DNA of 44,071 nt from Deinococcota bacterium (GCA_041695225.1 JBGFRI010000002.1:1-44071), one strand, 5' to 3'; numbered from the stretch's first letter, positions 28,122 through 38,214 are shown. Numbers and translations are program-made. The notes: generated by a model not told the origin, from the sequence alone.

Positions 28122-29543
28122 ATGACCCTGCGCACCCGTATTACCCTGCTCACCCTGGCCCTGCTGGCCTTCTCGCTTTTGTTGATTGGGGGCTCGGTAT
28201 ACGGCACTTTGCAGTTCACCCTCTACGACAATCTGCGCCGTGAGCTGACCGAGACCTCGGTGAGTGCCCAGCGGCTCATACGGGAGCGCGGCAACCTGGA
28301 GGGGCTGCCTCTGGCGGTCTACGGACAAGCGCTCTGGATACCTTTTCCCGAGGCGACCGCCAGCGAAATCTTGCAGGGGGCCGCCATTCCCATCGCACGG
28401 TCGCTGGCGTTGAGCAACGCCAACTTAACACTTTCGGAGCAGGCCTTGCAGGAGGTGCTGCGGGTGGGCGGAATTTACACCCAGACCACCCTGATCCGCC
28501 CCGATGGTACCCAGATTCCGTTGCGGGTGCGGGCCGAGCGCCTGCAGACCGAGATCGCCGGGATTCCGCAGGGCCAGCAGCTGGTGATCTTGCTAATCGG
28601 CAAGTCTACCCTGGGCATCGAGAGCACCCTGGCCGACTTTGCCCGTACCTACACCGCCACCGCTCTTCTGGTGCTAGTTTTTGGGGGCCTGCTGGCCTTT
28701 CGGCTGGTGCGGCAGACCCTGGAACCACTGGAATGGGTGGCCAAAAAGGCCGAGCAGGTTAGCAACAAACCCGAAAAGCTGCCCGAGCTCGAGGGCAACG
28801 ACGAGGTGGCCTCGCTGGTCAGGTCGCTCAACCGGATGCTCACCAGGCTGGAAAATGCCTGGGAGACCCAGGGCCGTTTTCTGGCCGACGCCTCGCATGA
28901 GTTGCGCACGCCGGTGACCGCCATCCTGGGTCATATCAACTATCTGATCCGGCGCACCCCGGTATCCGATCGGCAGCGCGAAAGCCTCGAGGTGATCAAA
29001 CGCGAATCCGAGCGGATGCAAAAACTGGTGGGAGATCTGCTCGAGCTGTCCAAGACTGGTGGAAGCTGGAAGGTAGAGCTGGGCGCAGTGCACCTCTTTA
29101 CTGTGCTGAACGAAATTGAAGAGGAGTACGGCAAAAGCTTCGAGGGTATTATCGAGGTTGATGCACCCGAACACCTCTGGGTTCTGGGCGACCCCGAGCG
29201 TCTGCATCAGGTGATCGCCAATCTGGTTTCCAACGCCATCAAGGCAAACTCGAGCCGCATTCGCCTGGTGGTGCTGGATCTGGCCGAGCGGGTGGTGGTG
29301 CGGGTGGAGGATAACGGGGAAGGCATCGGCAAAGAACATCTACCCCATCTGTTCGAGCGCTTCTACCGGGTGGACCGGGCCCGCGACCGCGAGCGTGGCG
29401 GCAGCGGGCTGGGCCTGGCCATCGTGCGCTCGATTGTGGAGGCCCATGGCGGCAGCGTATGGGCCGAAAGCGAGCCCGGCAAGGGGTCGGTCTTCAGCAT
29501 CTCGCTCAAGCGGGCCGCGGCGCCCCAGCCGCAGCTGGCTTGA
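28122..29543 (+). CDS. Membrane sensor histidine kinase (HAMP-HisKA-HATPase)
   Basis: Two TM segments, ASHELRTP H-box, NLVSNA, DNGEGI, FERFYR and GSGLGL motifs. Confidence 0.95.
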   Translation: MTLRTRITLLTLALLAFSLLLIGGSVYGTLQFTLYDNLRRELTETSVSAQRLIRERGNLEGLPLAVYGQALWIPFPEATASEILQGAAIPIARSLALSNANLTLSEQALQEVLRVGGIYTQTTLIRPDGTQIPLRVRAERLQTEIAGIPQGQQLVILLIGKSTLGIESTLADFARTYTATALLVLVFGGLLAFRLVRQTLEPLEWVAKKAEQVSNKPEKLPELEGNDEVASLVRSLNRMLTRLENAWETQGRFLADASHELRTPVTAILGHINYLIRRTPVSDRQRESLEVIKRESERMQKLVGDLLELSKTGGSWKVELGAVHLFTVLNEIEEEYGKSFEGIIEVDAPEHLWVLGDPERLHQVIANLVSNAIKANSSRIRLVVLDLAERVVVRVEDNGEGIGKEHLPHLFERFYRVDRARDRERGGSGLGLAIVRSIVEAHGGSVWAESEPGKGSVFSISLKRAAAPQPQLA

Positions 29544-29559
29544 TGCCTGTCCTCAACGA

Positions 29560-29622
29560 ATGTCACATGTCAAAAGTCGCATGTCAAAAAGACCTGCGAC
29601 CTGAGACTTGAGACCTGCGACT
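29560..29622. repeat. Heptamer tandem repeats in inverted arms
   Basis: ATGTCAC/ATGTCAA/AAGTCGC/ATGTCAA followed by GACCTGC/GACCTGA/GACTTGA/GACCTGC. The same GAC-type unit occurs near 19970-19992 and 33567-33583. Confidence 0.7.
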
Positions 29623-29708
29623 AGCCTAACGCTACTGAGTCTGTGCAAAAAGCGGTAGCCTGACAGCTAGCCGCGGGTGGTCAATCGCATCTGCTTCTTC
29701 CCTGCTCT

Positions 29709-30785
29709 CTAAGACCCCTTTTGTCCCATCCTTTGCCTGGCTGATCTCGGCTTGATCTTGCTGTCATCCAGCCCAAACCCTAGTGTTCCAAACACGTGGC
29801 CGGTGGTGGGCTCGATCAGGTTGCGGTGGTCACGGTAGAGGCGAGGGGTTTTCCACAGATAATACAGAGCTTTCCAGTGGGGCAGTTCGTTGTAGCGCTG
29901 GGGCCAGAGTTCTTTGATTTTTTGCGCGACCGCATGGGCATATTTAGGGGAAAGGGCAGGAAAAACATGATGCTCAATATGGTAGCCAAAGCCCAGGCTG
30001 AGCCACTCGAGCCAACCGGGGTTGCGCACCGTCAGGCTGTTAATCAGGGGGTCGTTGGTCTCGGTAATGGGGTTGAGTAGGTGGTTGGTGGCAATGAAGC
30101 TCATGGCGATAAAGTTGGCCATCAGCCAGGGAAACACAAAGACAAACAAAAAGTTAAATGGCCCTACCCAGAGCAATACCAAAAGCCAGACCAGCACCGG
30201 CAAAACCGCCTGAAAAACCACGACAGGCCGTTCTGCCGGCTTGAAGCCGGGCAGAAAGCGCCAAAACATCATGTGGGCATGCAGGCTAAACCAGAAAGTG
30301 AAAGAGAAAAAGAGGAAAAAGCTGCGCAGTGCAGGAACCTGACGGAACATCCACTTTACAATGGGCTTCTGGATTGCCGACTCCAGCGCCCCCATTGCGT
30401 CGGGGTCATCCTCGGGGTGCTGGGTATGGGAGTGGTGCTGGACGTTGTGCCACCTGCGCCATAGTCTGGCTCCCACCATCAGAGGTATAAAGGCGATGGT
30501 TCCGGCGACCGACCGCACCAGGGGGTTCTTGGTCACCGCGCCATGCAAAATCTCGTGGGCCAGGAACCCCAGGCCGATAAAGGAGTAGCCGACGCCAAAT
30601 GAGAGCAGCAGCTTGAGCAACACATAGGGCGTGGCGACAATTCCCCATACACACAGACCAAACAGGAGAAGAAATACCGGCAAATAGATCAGGCGGGCCG
30701 GAACCGGCTCGAAAAAGTGGCGAGGCAGTCGGGCCTTAAGGGCCTTGGTATACTCTCGCAGGTGTTGTTCTTCGGTCATGGGCAC
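29709..30785 (-). CDS. Membrane fatty-acid desaturase family protein
   Basis: Three His boxes: HEILH, HNVQHH and HIEHH; TM segments. Confidence 0.9.
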   Translation of the reverse strand: MPMTEEQHLREYTKALKARLPRHFFEPVPARLIYLPVFLLLFGLCVWGIVATPYVLLKLLLSFGVGYSFIGLGFLAHEILHGAVTKNPLVRSVAGTIAFIPLMVGARLWRRWHNVQHHSHTQHPEDDPDAMGALESAIQKPIVKWMFRQVPALRSFFLFFSFTFWFSLHAHMMFWRFLPGFKPAERPVVVFQAVLPVLVWLLVLLWVGPFNFLFVFVFPWLMANFIAMSFIATNHLLNPITETNDPLINSLTVRNPGWLEWLSLGFGYHIEHHVFPALSPKYAHAVAQKIKELWPQRYNELPHWKALYYLWKTPRLYRDHRNLIEPTTGHVFGTLGFGLDDSKIKPRSARQRMGQKGS

Positions 30786-31024
30786 TCCTGGCTGCTTAGG
30801 GGTGTGAATAGAGTCAGTATACGGCAGACCCAGGCAGGAGTATGTGGGCGGGGTATGAAACCCCAGCGAACAAATGGGAAACTACCGCTAAGACGATACT
30901 ATGATAAAACAAATTGATGAGCCTTTTGCCAAACAATCAAATCTTGAAAATGCCTGGCTGGGTACCTTTTCATTCTGACTCCTGAATGCTGGCTCCTGGC
31001 TCCTGAGTAGTTACAGGCCCAGTA

Positions 31025-31053
31025 CAAAAAAGCCCCCCATGCCGGGGAGCTTT
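31025..31053 (-). terminator. Rho-independent terminator of the csp gene
   Basis: Minus strand AAAGCTCCCC-GGCAT-GGGGGGC followed by TTTTTT. Confidence 0.8.
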
Positions 31054-31067
31054 AGGTTGCGGAACGG

Positions 31068-31274
31068 TCAGGCTATTTTTACATTCTTGGCTTGCGGGCC
31101 CTTGCCATTTTTGCCAGATTCGATCTCGAACTCTACGCGATCCCCCTCGTTGAGGCTCTTGAAGCCTTGACCCTGGATGGCAGTGAAGTGCACAAACACA
31201 TCGGGGCCGCCTTCTTGGGCAATAAAGCCGTAACCTTTTTCCGCATTGAACCACTTGACAGTACCTTTGTTCAT
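31068..31274 (-). CDS. Cold-shock protein (CspA family)
   Basis: [15 protein letters not shown] and DVFVHF motifs; AGGAG precedes ATG 31274. Confidence 0.96.
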   Translation of the reverse strand: MNKGTVKWFNAEKGYGFIAQEGGPDVFVHFTAIQGQGFKSLNEGDRVEFEIESGKNGKGPQAKNVKIA

Positions 31275-31404
31275 CCTACTACTCCTAATGTCCTGCTGAA
31301 ACCGGCTGGTTTTAGGGGACAATGAAGACTAGCACAGGCTGCCGGCAAAAGTCAAATCGGATCCTAGTTCCTCCGCCAGCCCTATCGCCAGGTTATCTTG
31401 GTTG

Positions 31405-31484
31405 TAGTGGCTAATAGCTCATAGCTAATACCGGATAGCTAAAAGCCGTTACTGCTATCGGCCATCAGCTATCGGCTACCGGCT
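31405..31484. repeat. Heptamer tandem repeats in inverted arms
   Basis: TGGCTAA/TAGCTCA/TAGCTAA...TAGCTAA followed by GCTATCG/GCCATCA/GCTATCG/GCTACCG. Confidence 0.7.
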
Positions 31485-31531
31485 TCTATGCCGAGGCCGA
31501 TTCAGCGGCAGCACCAGCACATTAGTGAGCA

Positions 31532-31888
31532 TCACTCCCCCGCTGCCTGGCGCTTACGCAGCAACGCCTGGAAAGTTTTCATCGCCCCCAGTGCATTGGG
31601 AAAACCCACAAACAAAGCCGACTGGATAATGGTCTCTCGCACTTCCTGTTCGCTGGCGCCGTTTCGTAAAGCCCCCTCCAGGTGGGTGGCCAGCTCTTTG
31701 GGAGCCCCCAGACCAATCAGGCTGGTAATGGCCAGCAGTTCACGGGTTTTAAGGTCCAGGCCAGGGCGGGCCAGAACTTCTTCGTAGGCGAAATCGCGGA
31801 TATAAGCATACAGATGGGGGTCTACCTCGGTCAGACTTTGCTCGATGGGCTCAAAGTTATCGCCCCAGATAGCTTTGCGGATGCTCAT
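31532..31888 (-). CDS. Carboxymuconolactone decarboxylase (CMD) family protein
   Basis: RPGLDLKTRELLAI, HLEGALRNG and GFPNAL motifs. Confidence 0.88.
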   Translation of the reverse strand: MSIRKAIWGDNFEPIEQSLTEVDPHLYAYIRDFAYEEVLARPGLDLKTRELLAITSLIGLGAPKELATHLEGALRNGASEQEVRETIIQSALFVGFPNALGAMKTFQALLRKRQAAGE

Positions 31889-31940
31889 GAAGGCCAGTCT
31901 TTAGGTTCTGCGGCCGCACGTCAAGGGTATGGGCCTATGA

Positions 31941-32621
31941 TCACTTCACCTTGCCGGTAGCGTATTCAACCACCCAGGCCAGATCGCCGATAGCGTTGGG
32001 GTTTTGCTTGTAGGCGTCAAAAAGTATAGGCCGAACCCCAGCGGCCATTGCGCCCTTTATATCGTCGTCCGAGTCGCCAACGTGAATAGCTTGCTGAGGC
32101 TCAACCCGCAGCTTGCTCAGCACAATCTCGAAAAAGCGTGGATCGGGTTTGGCCACGCCCTCCAGCGCCGAAACCCCTACGTAGTCGAAGAAGTCGGCCA
32201 GGTTAGTAGCCTGCAAAACGCCTGGCAGGGTCCAGTCCCAGTTGGATACCACCCCCAGCTTGAAACCTAGCTCCCGAAGTTCTGCCAGCACTTCTTTAGC
32301 TCCTGGCGTGAGCGGCCACACTTGCGGACTTTTCCAGTTCTCCTTGAGATAGTCCGCTACATCATCGGCATAATCACCCAGCCCTATACCGCTCATGATC
32401 TCCCAGTGAAATCTGCGCCAGAAAGACAGGGCCGTAGCCTCGTCGGTGGCGCTCATGTGGTGCTCGGTATAATGTTCATAGGCGTCCCGAACCGCCCGGG
32501 GTAGTTGCGCTATATCGGCCTTGTCGGCCAGTCCTCTGGCTTTCAAGATAGGCCACAGCCAGAATTTGGGATGTCCCAGAATGAGAGTATTTCCTACATC
32601 AAACAAAACCGCCCGAATCAT
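31941..32621 (-). CDS. HAD-superfamily hydrolase
   Basis: FDVGNTL, VVSNWD, KPDP and HVGDSDDD motifs. Confidence 0.9.
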   Translation of the reverse strand: MIRAVLFDVGNTLILGHPKFWLWPILKARGLADKADIAQLPRAVRDAYEHYTEHHMSATDEATALSFWRRFHWEIMSGIGLGDYADDVADYLKENWKSPQVWPLTPGAKEVLAELRELGFKLGVVSNWDWTLPGVLQATNLADFFDYVGVSALEGVAKPDPRFFEIVLSKLRVEPQQAIHVGDSDDDIKGAMAAGVRPILFDAYKQNPNAIGDLAWVVEYATGKVK

Positions 32622-32812
32622 GGAGTAGGCCCTTTCATTTTCGGCCAGTCTGACGCTCTGTTCATAACGCAGATATTAACCCGGCACTATGAAAACATTA
32701 CCAGGCCGGCTGGTGATCTTCGTCACTGGCGATGCCAGCCGTATCGGCACCAGTCCATTTGTGCCAGGCAGATACCCACGAGAGTTCGTCAGCACAAAAA
32801 TGGGCTGTGTGC

Positions 32813-33232
32813 TTATGCCAGTCGGGCATCCAGACTGATCTCAGCAACTGCGGCCAGGGCCTTGGAGACAGGGCACCTGGCCTTAGCGTCCTGGGCCAGC
32901 TCCTGAAACCGTTCCGCCCCGATTCCGGGTACCTTGGCGACCATCTCGAGCTCAATTTTTGTGATGGTGGGGCCATCCCCCAGGTGAACCCTGGCGGCGG
33001 CGCGAAGTTCTTCGGGCGGCGTGTTGTTGTTGGTCAATAGAGCCGACAAGAACATGGCATAGCAGCCCGCATGGGCTGCCCCGATCAGTTCTTCGGGGTT
33101 GGTCTCGCTGCCCTGGGCAAAACGGGAAGCCCAGGTGTATGGCCCCTCATAGACCCCGCTCTCGAGCTTCAGGTGGCCCCTGCCTTCCTTCAGGGTGCCT
33201 TTCCAGACCGCATTGGCTGAACGTACCGGCAT
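32813..33232 (-). CDS. osmC: OsmC-family peroxiredoxin
   Basis: TNPEELIGAAHAGC and CPVSKAL motifs; AAAGGAG precedes ATG 33232. Confidence 0.92.
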   Translation of the reverse strand: MPVRSANAVWKGTLKEGRGHLKLESGVYEGPYTWASRFAQGSETNPEELIGAAHAGCYAMFLSALLTNNNTPPEELRAAARVHLGDGPTITKIELEMVAKVPGIGAERFQELAQDAKARCPVSKALAAVAEISLDARLA

Positions 33233-33670
33233 AGTATTGCTCCTTTCACCCACCATCATGCGTCGAGCAAAGCCATCCTGGATGTGGCGCAGGTTGCAAG
33301 TTCGCCAAAAGACTCCCGGTCTCATGCTTCCCCTGGCCACCCTCACAACATCTAGTGTTTTGGCAGGTTGCTTGTGACTGGAGCAGACTCTGTAAGAGCC
33401 TCGGATGCCTCAGGTCACATCTGGGCCTGTAGCCCGGCTGATCTAACGCCTCAACAGACTGGAAAATATGAGGGCCGAGGCTTCAAGCGCCCAATCCATG
33501 AAGATTTCTGAAGATTTCTGGCTTTCAGCTTTCGGCCTTCGACTTTCGGCCTTTCTTCAGTCCTGGGACTTGCGACCTGCGACATTACTAAGAAGTAGAT
33601 CTCAGCCCTGACTCAGCCCCCTACTACCTGCTCATTTGACCTTTCCTTAGCCACGGAGCAAAATGCCCTG

Positions 33671-34495
33671 GTGGTGGCATTCTTATTTGTGGACGGACTG
33701 GGGCTCTGTGCTGATCCCAGAAGTCCGCTAGAGCGTCTGGATCTGCCCACTCTACGCGCCCTGAGCAGCGGGTTTAGTAGCCAGCCCTTTAGCCAGAACG
33801 GTCTGGCCTATCACGTTTTGGACGCCAGGCTGGGTGTGGATGGGCTACCCCAGTCGGGAACCGGCCAGACGGCTTTGCTTACCGGGCTAAACGCTGCCCA
33901 GATGCTGGGCTACCACCAGGGGCCACACCCCCTGAGCAAGCTACAGATGGTTTTGCAGCAGAACAGTATCCAGGTCTGGGCAGTCCGGAGTGGCCTGAGG
34001 GTTTTGCATGCCAACGGTTATAGGCGGGAATACCTGGAAAGGGTGGGCGACAGCCGCCGCAGCCTGCTCTCAGCCTTTGGCTTCGCGGCAAAGATGGCGG
34101 GACTCGAGCTTCTGACCCTAGGGCACCCCAGGGCCATCCAGCCCGCCTTCTTACAGGAGCCTCAGTCTGAAGGTGAGCGCTTTGCTCAGATTGCCCAGGA
34201 ACATGACCTGACAATCCTGGAAAACTGGGCGCTCGACTACGCGGCTCATCGCCAGCAGAACAGTCTGGACGAGCGGTTTACAGAACTAGACCGTTTTCTG
34301 TACGGCTTTCTGAACGCCAGCCCAAAGGCCAGCCTGGTGCTCACTTCCGATCATGGCAATGCCGAAGAGTCGTGGCACACCCAGCACACCCGCAATCCGG
34401 TTCCCCTAATAGTTCATGGCTGGCTGGCCAGTACGGTTCCGACAATGCGTAACCTGACCGACGTTGCGCCCTGGATGCAAAGGGAGTTGGGATAA
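33671..34495 (+). CDS. Alkaline-phosphatase-superfamily metalloenzyme (iPGM-like)
   Basis: FVDGLG, PQSGTGQT, DYAAH, TSDHGN and HTRNPVP motifs. Confidence 0.85.
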   Translation: MVAFLFVDGLGLCADPRSPLERLDLPTLRALSSGFSSQPFSQNGLAYHVLDARLGVDGLPQSGTGQTALLTGLNAAQMLGYHQGPHPLSKLQMVLQQNSIQVWAVRSGLRVLHANGYRREYLERVGDSRRSLLSAFGFAAKMAGLELLTLGHPRAIQPAFLQEPQSEGERFAQIAQEHDLTILENWALDYAAHRQQNSLDERFTELDRFLYGFLNASPKASLVLTSDHGNAEESWHTQHTRNPVPLIVHGWLASTVPTMRNLTDVAPWMQRELG

Positions 34496-34640
34496 CTGCT
34501 TCTTTGTCTGACGCGCTTCAGTCGCGTAACTCCCCAGTTGTTCCAAGCTGGCAAAAAATTTGGCAGGTACGAGTGCGCAACTTTGGTTCATGGCTTCATT
34601 GCCCTTTTGGCTGGTGGTTGTGCCCGACACTCACTACCGA

Positions 34641-34994
34641 CTATGGTTCTGTCGTAGATCGCGGTGCGGTGCTGGCAACGTACACCTCGCCCCAGGCGTC
34701 CATCGCCTCAATCAGCGGCTTTAGGCTCGAGCCCAACTCGGTCAGGGAATACTCGACACGCGGCGGCACCTCCTTGAACACTTCGCGACGAACGAGCCCG
34801 TCCCTTTCGAGTTCCCGCAGCTGACGGGTGAGCATCCGTTGGGTGACATGGGGCAGGAGGCGCTTGAGCTCCCCGAAACGCAGGGTGCCGCCAAACAGAT
34901 AGTAGAGAATCAGTGGCTTCCACTTCCCGCCGATGAGCTCGAGCGTAACCTCCATCTCGCAATGATAGCCACCTTTGATAAACGACCTCGCCAT
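34641..34994 (-). CDS. HxlR-family winged-helix regulator
   Basis: C...[21 protein letters not shown] and PPRVEYSLT motifs. GGAGG precedes ATG 34994. Confidence 0.9.
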   Translation of the reverse strand: MARSFIKGGYHCEMEVTLELIGGKWKPLILYYLFGGTLRFGELKRLLPHVTQRMLTRQLRELERDGLVRREVFKEVPPRVEYSLTELGSSLKPLIEAMDAWGEVYVASTAPRSTTEP

Positions 34995-35009
34995 CTGCAA
35001 CCTCCTTTT

Positions 35010-35027
35010 AGTATACAAAATGATACT
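35010..35027. promoter_or_regulatory. Palindromic candidate operator between the divergent hxlR and MFS genes
   Basis: AGTATACAAAATGATACT has AGTAT...ATACT arms in an AT-rich stretch. Confidence 0.45.
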
Positions 35028-35285
35028 ACAACACATTTATGTGCGTACTTGCTACAGATAACTTAAAGAGCTATGGTGAATAGGCGCTGCCCGGGTCAGC
35101 GCTTCGTCTTGAAGGGGCTGGATAATGCACACACACTCTGTTGCACAGAATATGCCGGCACTTCACACACCGAGAATTGTCGCAGGATGGAAGGCCCATT
35201 TTGCAACTGATCATCTAACGCATCTGTCGGTCGAAATTATTACCCCAGATGGTTTCAAGTACCCGCTGCATGGTGCTGGAGATAT

Positions 35286-36446
35286 ATGGCTATGGCCGTA
35301 GGCAAAGGAATCGTCTTCATCTACCTCGGCTCTTTGCTGATGCAGATCGTTCAAATCGCCGGCTATCCAGTGCTTCTGGCGCTTATCCTGGCACGGGCGG
35401 ACTACCCCTCCTGGGCGATAGGAATTATTCTTTCAGGTCAGTGGGTCGTTGTCCTTGTCCTGGCGCCGCTGGTGCCTGGTTTGATAAAACGCCTCGGAAT
35501 ACGATCGACAGGCCAGGCGGGGGCGGTCGTCTCAATCGTGGCGGTGACCTTGCTGCTCCTTTCGCAGTCCACGGCTGTAACGGTCGCGTCCTCTCTCTTG
35601 ATGGGGGCGGGACTGGCCCTCCGGTGGGTCGTTTGTGATACCTGGATCGTTGAAACGGTTCCAGAAAAGCTAAGAGGACGGGCCATCGGCACCCATGAAA
35701 CCCTGTTGGGCCTCTCCGCCACGATCGGTCCGCTGCTGATTATACTGAGCGATGGAAACTATACCGCCGCGCTGATCGGCTATATAATCCTTCTGGCCCT
35801 AGCACTCGTATCCTTCGCGTTCGGACCGCAGGTGTCGGCCGCTGAGACCGGCGAGGAACGAAGCGATACTGAAAGATATATCTTCATGGTTTTTCGGATA
35901 CTGCTGCTGGCCCTGCTGGCAGCCCTGGCAGCCGGGTATATCGAACCGGCGATGGTGGCGCTGTTGCCACTCTACCTGATGAATTTCCACTACCCCGAAG
36001 CGCAGGCACTGGTTCTTCTCAGCGTGTTCGGCCTCGGCGGAGCTGTCCTTCAAATGCCGCTTGGCTGGATTGCCGACCGATGGAGTTTTCGCGTTGGTCA
36101 GGTGCTCTGTCTGTCCTTGGTCATCATCGGCGGTATATTGCTCATGACGGCGATCGGCTTACCATCGGTGGTGGCGGTGAGCCTGTTCATTTTTGGAGGG
36201 GGCGCCGCGGGATTAAATACGCTCGCGGTCATCGAAGCGGGATCGACGCTCAGAGCAGGAATGAAGGGAATGGGCATGGCTCTGATTGCATCCAGCTATA
36301 CGCTCGGGGGAGTGGTCGGACCAGCCGTTTCAGGATCGACATTGAATTTAGCACATGGTCATGGAGCCATTCTCGTGATCCTCGGCCTCATGATGGCATA
36401 TGCGGCAACGTTAGCATTTGCAGGTCGCCATCGCTTTAGCCCATGA
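35286..36446 (+). CDS. MFS transporter
   Basis: About 12 hydrophobic segments; RGRAIG and GWIADRW loop motifs. Confidence 0.88.
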   Translation: MAMAVGKGIVFIYLGSLLMQIVQIAGYPVLLALILARADYPSWAIGIILSGQWVVVLVLAPLVPGLIKRLGIRSTGQAGAVVSIVAVTLLLLSQSTAVTVASSLLMGAGLALRWVVCDTWIVETVPEKLRGRAIGTHETLLGLSATIGPLLIILSDGNYTAALIGYIILLALALVSFAFGPQVSAAETGEERSDTERYIFMVFRILLLALLAALAAGYIEPAMVALLPLYLMNFHYPEAQALVLLSVFGLGGAVLQMPLGWIADRWSFRVGQVLCLSLVIIGGILLMTAIGLPSVVAVSLFIFGGGAAGLNTLAVIEAGSTLRAGMKGMGMALIASSYTLGGVVGPAVSGSTLNLAHGHGAILVILGLMMAYAATLAFAGRHRFSP

Positions 36447-36613
36447 GATGCCCGGTGCCAACACGCAGGGTACAACTCGCCGGGGTCGTCGCAGCGCTTG
36501 TCGGCATGGTGCTCGTGCGAGGCGGGGCACAGGGGTAGGTTGTGACTTTAGCTGACTCGTGCGAGCTCATGATCCGCTACGTTCTCGGCCCAACGCCGTT
36601 CCCCAATGGGGTC

Positions 36614-36643
36614 TTGACAACAGTATATATTGGATGTATACAT
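36614..36643 (+). promoter_or_regulatory. Sigma70-type promoter with overlapping palindromic operator for brnTA
   Basis: TTGACA, 17 bp, TATACA, then 6 nt to ATG 36649. Inverted repeat GTATATA...TGTATAC and palindrome ATGTATACAT overlap it. Confidence 0.7.
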
Positions 36644-36648
36644 AGGAC

Positions 36649-36984
36649 ATGGCGGAGCTGCCGGATGCCCTGCTTGCATGTACCGGCTTTGAGTGGGATC
36701 GGGCTAACGCGGAGAAGATATGGGAACGCCATCAGGTCAGTCCGGGTGAGTGCGAGGAGGTATTCTTCAAAGCACCCTTGTTCGTGGCCAGGGACGAGAA
36801 GCACTCGCAGAAGGAGTCCCGGTACTACGCGTTGGGGCAGACCGAGGCAGGGAGAAGGCTGTTTGTCGTATTCACCATACGTGGGAGGCTAATCCGGGTG
36901 GTCTCTGCACGGGAGATGAGCAGGCGTGAGCGAAAGGAGTATGAGCGTGCGCAGGAAGAAGGTAATCCCAGCATTCGAGAATGA
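36649..36984 (+). CDS. brnT: BrnT-family (DUF497) RNase toxin
   Basis: FEWDRAN, H.VS..E.EEVF, HSQKESRY..LG and IRVVSAR motifs. Confidence 0.9.
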   Translation: MAELPDALLACTGFEWDRANAEKIWERHQVSPGECEEVFFKAPLFVARDEKHSQKESRYYALGQTEAGRRLFVVFTIRGRLIRVVSAREMSRRERKEYERAQEEGNPSIRE

Positions 36985-37225
36985 GGAGCAGGAGCGTGAG
37001 TTCTGGGCCGCCCATGATTCGGCCGACTACATAGATTGGCGGCGGGCAGAGGACATGCGCTTGCCGAATCTGCGGCCGACGACGCGGACCATCTCAATTC
37101 GGCTTCCTCAGCCGATGATCGAGAGACTCAAGGTGCTGGCGAACAAGCGCGACGTTCCGTATCAGTCCTTGCTGAAGATGTACGTGGCAGAGAAGATACG
37201 AGAGGAACTCCGCGCTATGGAGTAA
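36941..37225 (+). CDS. brnA: BrnA/CopG-type antitoxin
   Basis: PAFENEEQEREFWAAHD and ISIRL...LKVLANKRDVPYQSL (RHH) motifs; overlaps brnT. Confidence 0.88.
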   Translation: MSVRRKKVIPAFENEEQEREFWAAHDSADYIDWRRAEDMRLPNLRPTTRTISIRLPQPMIERLKVLANKRDVPYQSLLKMYVAEKIREELRAME

Positions 37226-37340
37226 AGTCTATTACCTCGCGCTTGGGGTGCTTGTTCCACTGCTCCGCTGACGATACACTGGTGCCGATGCCACTTCTAC
37301 CCCGACCGGTCGCGAGAGACTGCTCTAGCGGAGGTGCTAG

Positions 37341-38204
37341 ATGAACCTGGAAGTCGTGACTCAACTGCAAAGCGCCCAGCAGCTCTTGGAGCCGCATTTT
37401 AAGTCCCTGCGCGAGGCCAGCAGCGCACTTAAACGGGCGCTTAAGCTGGCCGGCGAGGAGAGGCCCGACGCTTTGCCGATGCATAAGGCGCTGCTAAAGC
37501 TCGAGCAAGCTGCCGAGCGCTTAGACAACGGGCAGCTGAAAGCGGCCACCGAGGCCTTCCGGGCCGAAACGCACAAGGCCCTCGAGGCCTTAAGTTTCGA
37601 GTTCGCTAAAGACTTAAGGGAGAGCTTCGCGGCGCAGGGCATCGCTGTAGGTGGCCGCCCGCCGACTTTGATCGTAGAAGAGCTCGTTCTCAATATCGAC
37701 ATCGCCGCGCGCAAGGCCCAGTGGTTTTACGGCAAAGAGGCCCTAACCAGGCCGCTCTCCTTATCGCTCAGCGCCATCATCAAGGCCTTCGAGCAGCAAA
37801 AGCGGGAGGTGCAGGGGCGCGCCACCGACCCGCAGGCGTTTTTAGCGGAGCTTTACCAGACCTGGGCCGGCGAGCTTACCAGCCGCTCCCGCCAGCCGCG
37901 CGGCGGCCGCCTCAACCTGGTTGAAACCTACAGCAAGATGACCCTGAACCGCCAGTCCGCCCGTTTCTGGAACGCCCCCTCGCGCAGCACTTTCAAAGAC
38001 TATCCGCGGCCGCACTTCGTGCGCGATCTGGCGCTGGCGCAAGCCTCGCCGACGGCGACGGTCGAAGGGAGGCGCTACCGCCTGCTCCTCGGCGTCGCCA
38101 CCAAGAGCCAGGCCGAACAGGCCAGCCGCAGCGTCTGGGTGCCCTCCGGGCCGCTCGAGGGGGCGTATTACTCCGACCTCACCTTCGAGGAGGTCGCCGG
38201 ATGA
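37341..38204 (+). CDS. Hypothetical protein, first gene of the ATPase-helicase module
   Basis: 287-aa ORF with GGAGG RBS and helical N-terminus; 10 bp from the next gene; no motif recognised. Confidence 0.8.
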   Translation: MNLEVVTQLQSAQQLLEPHFKSLREASSALKRALKLAGEERPDALPMHKALLKLEQAAERLDNGQLKAATEAFRAETHKALEALSFEFAKDLRESFAAQGIAVGGRPPTLIVEELVLNIDIAARKAQWFYGKEALTRPLSLSLSAIIKAFEQQKREVQGRATDPQAFLAELYQTWAGELTSRSRQPRGGRLNLVETYSKMTLNRQSARFWNAPSRSTFKDYPRPHFVRDLALAQASPTATVEGRRYRLLLGVATKSQAEQASRSVWVPSGPLEGAYYSDLTFEEVAG

Positions 38205-38214
38205 GTGAGACCTC

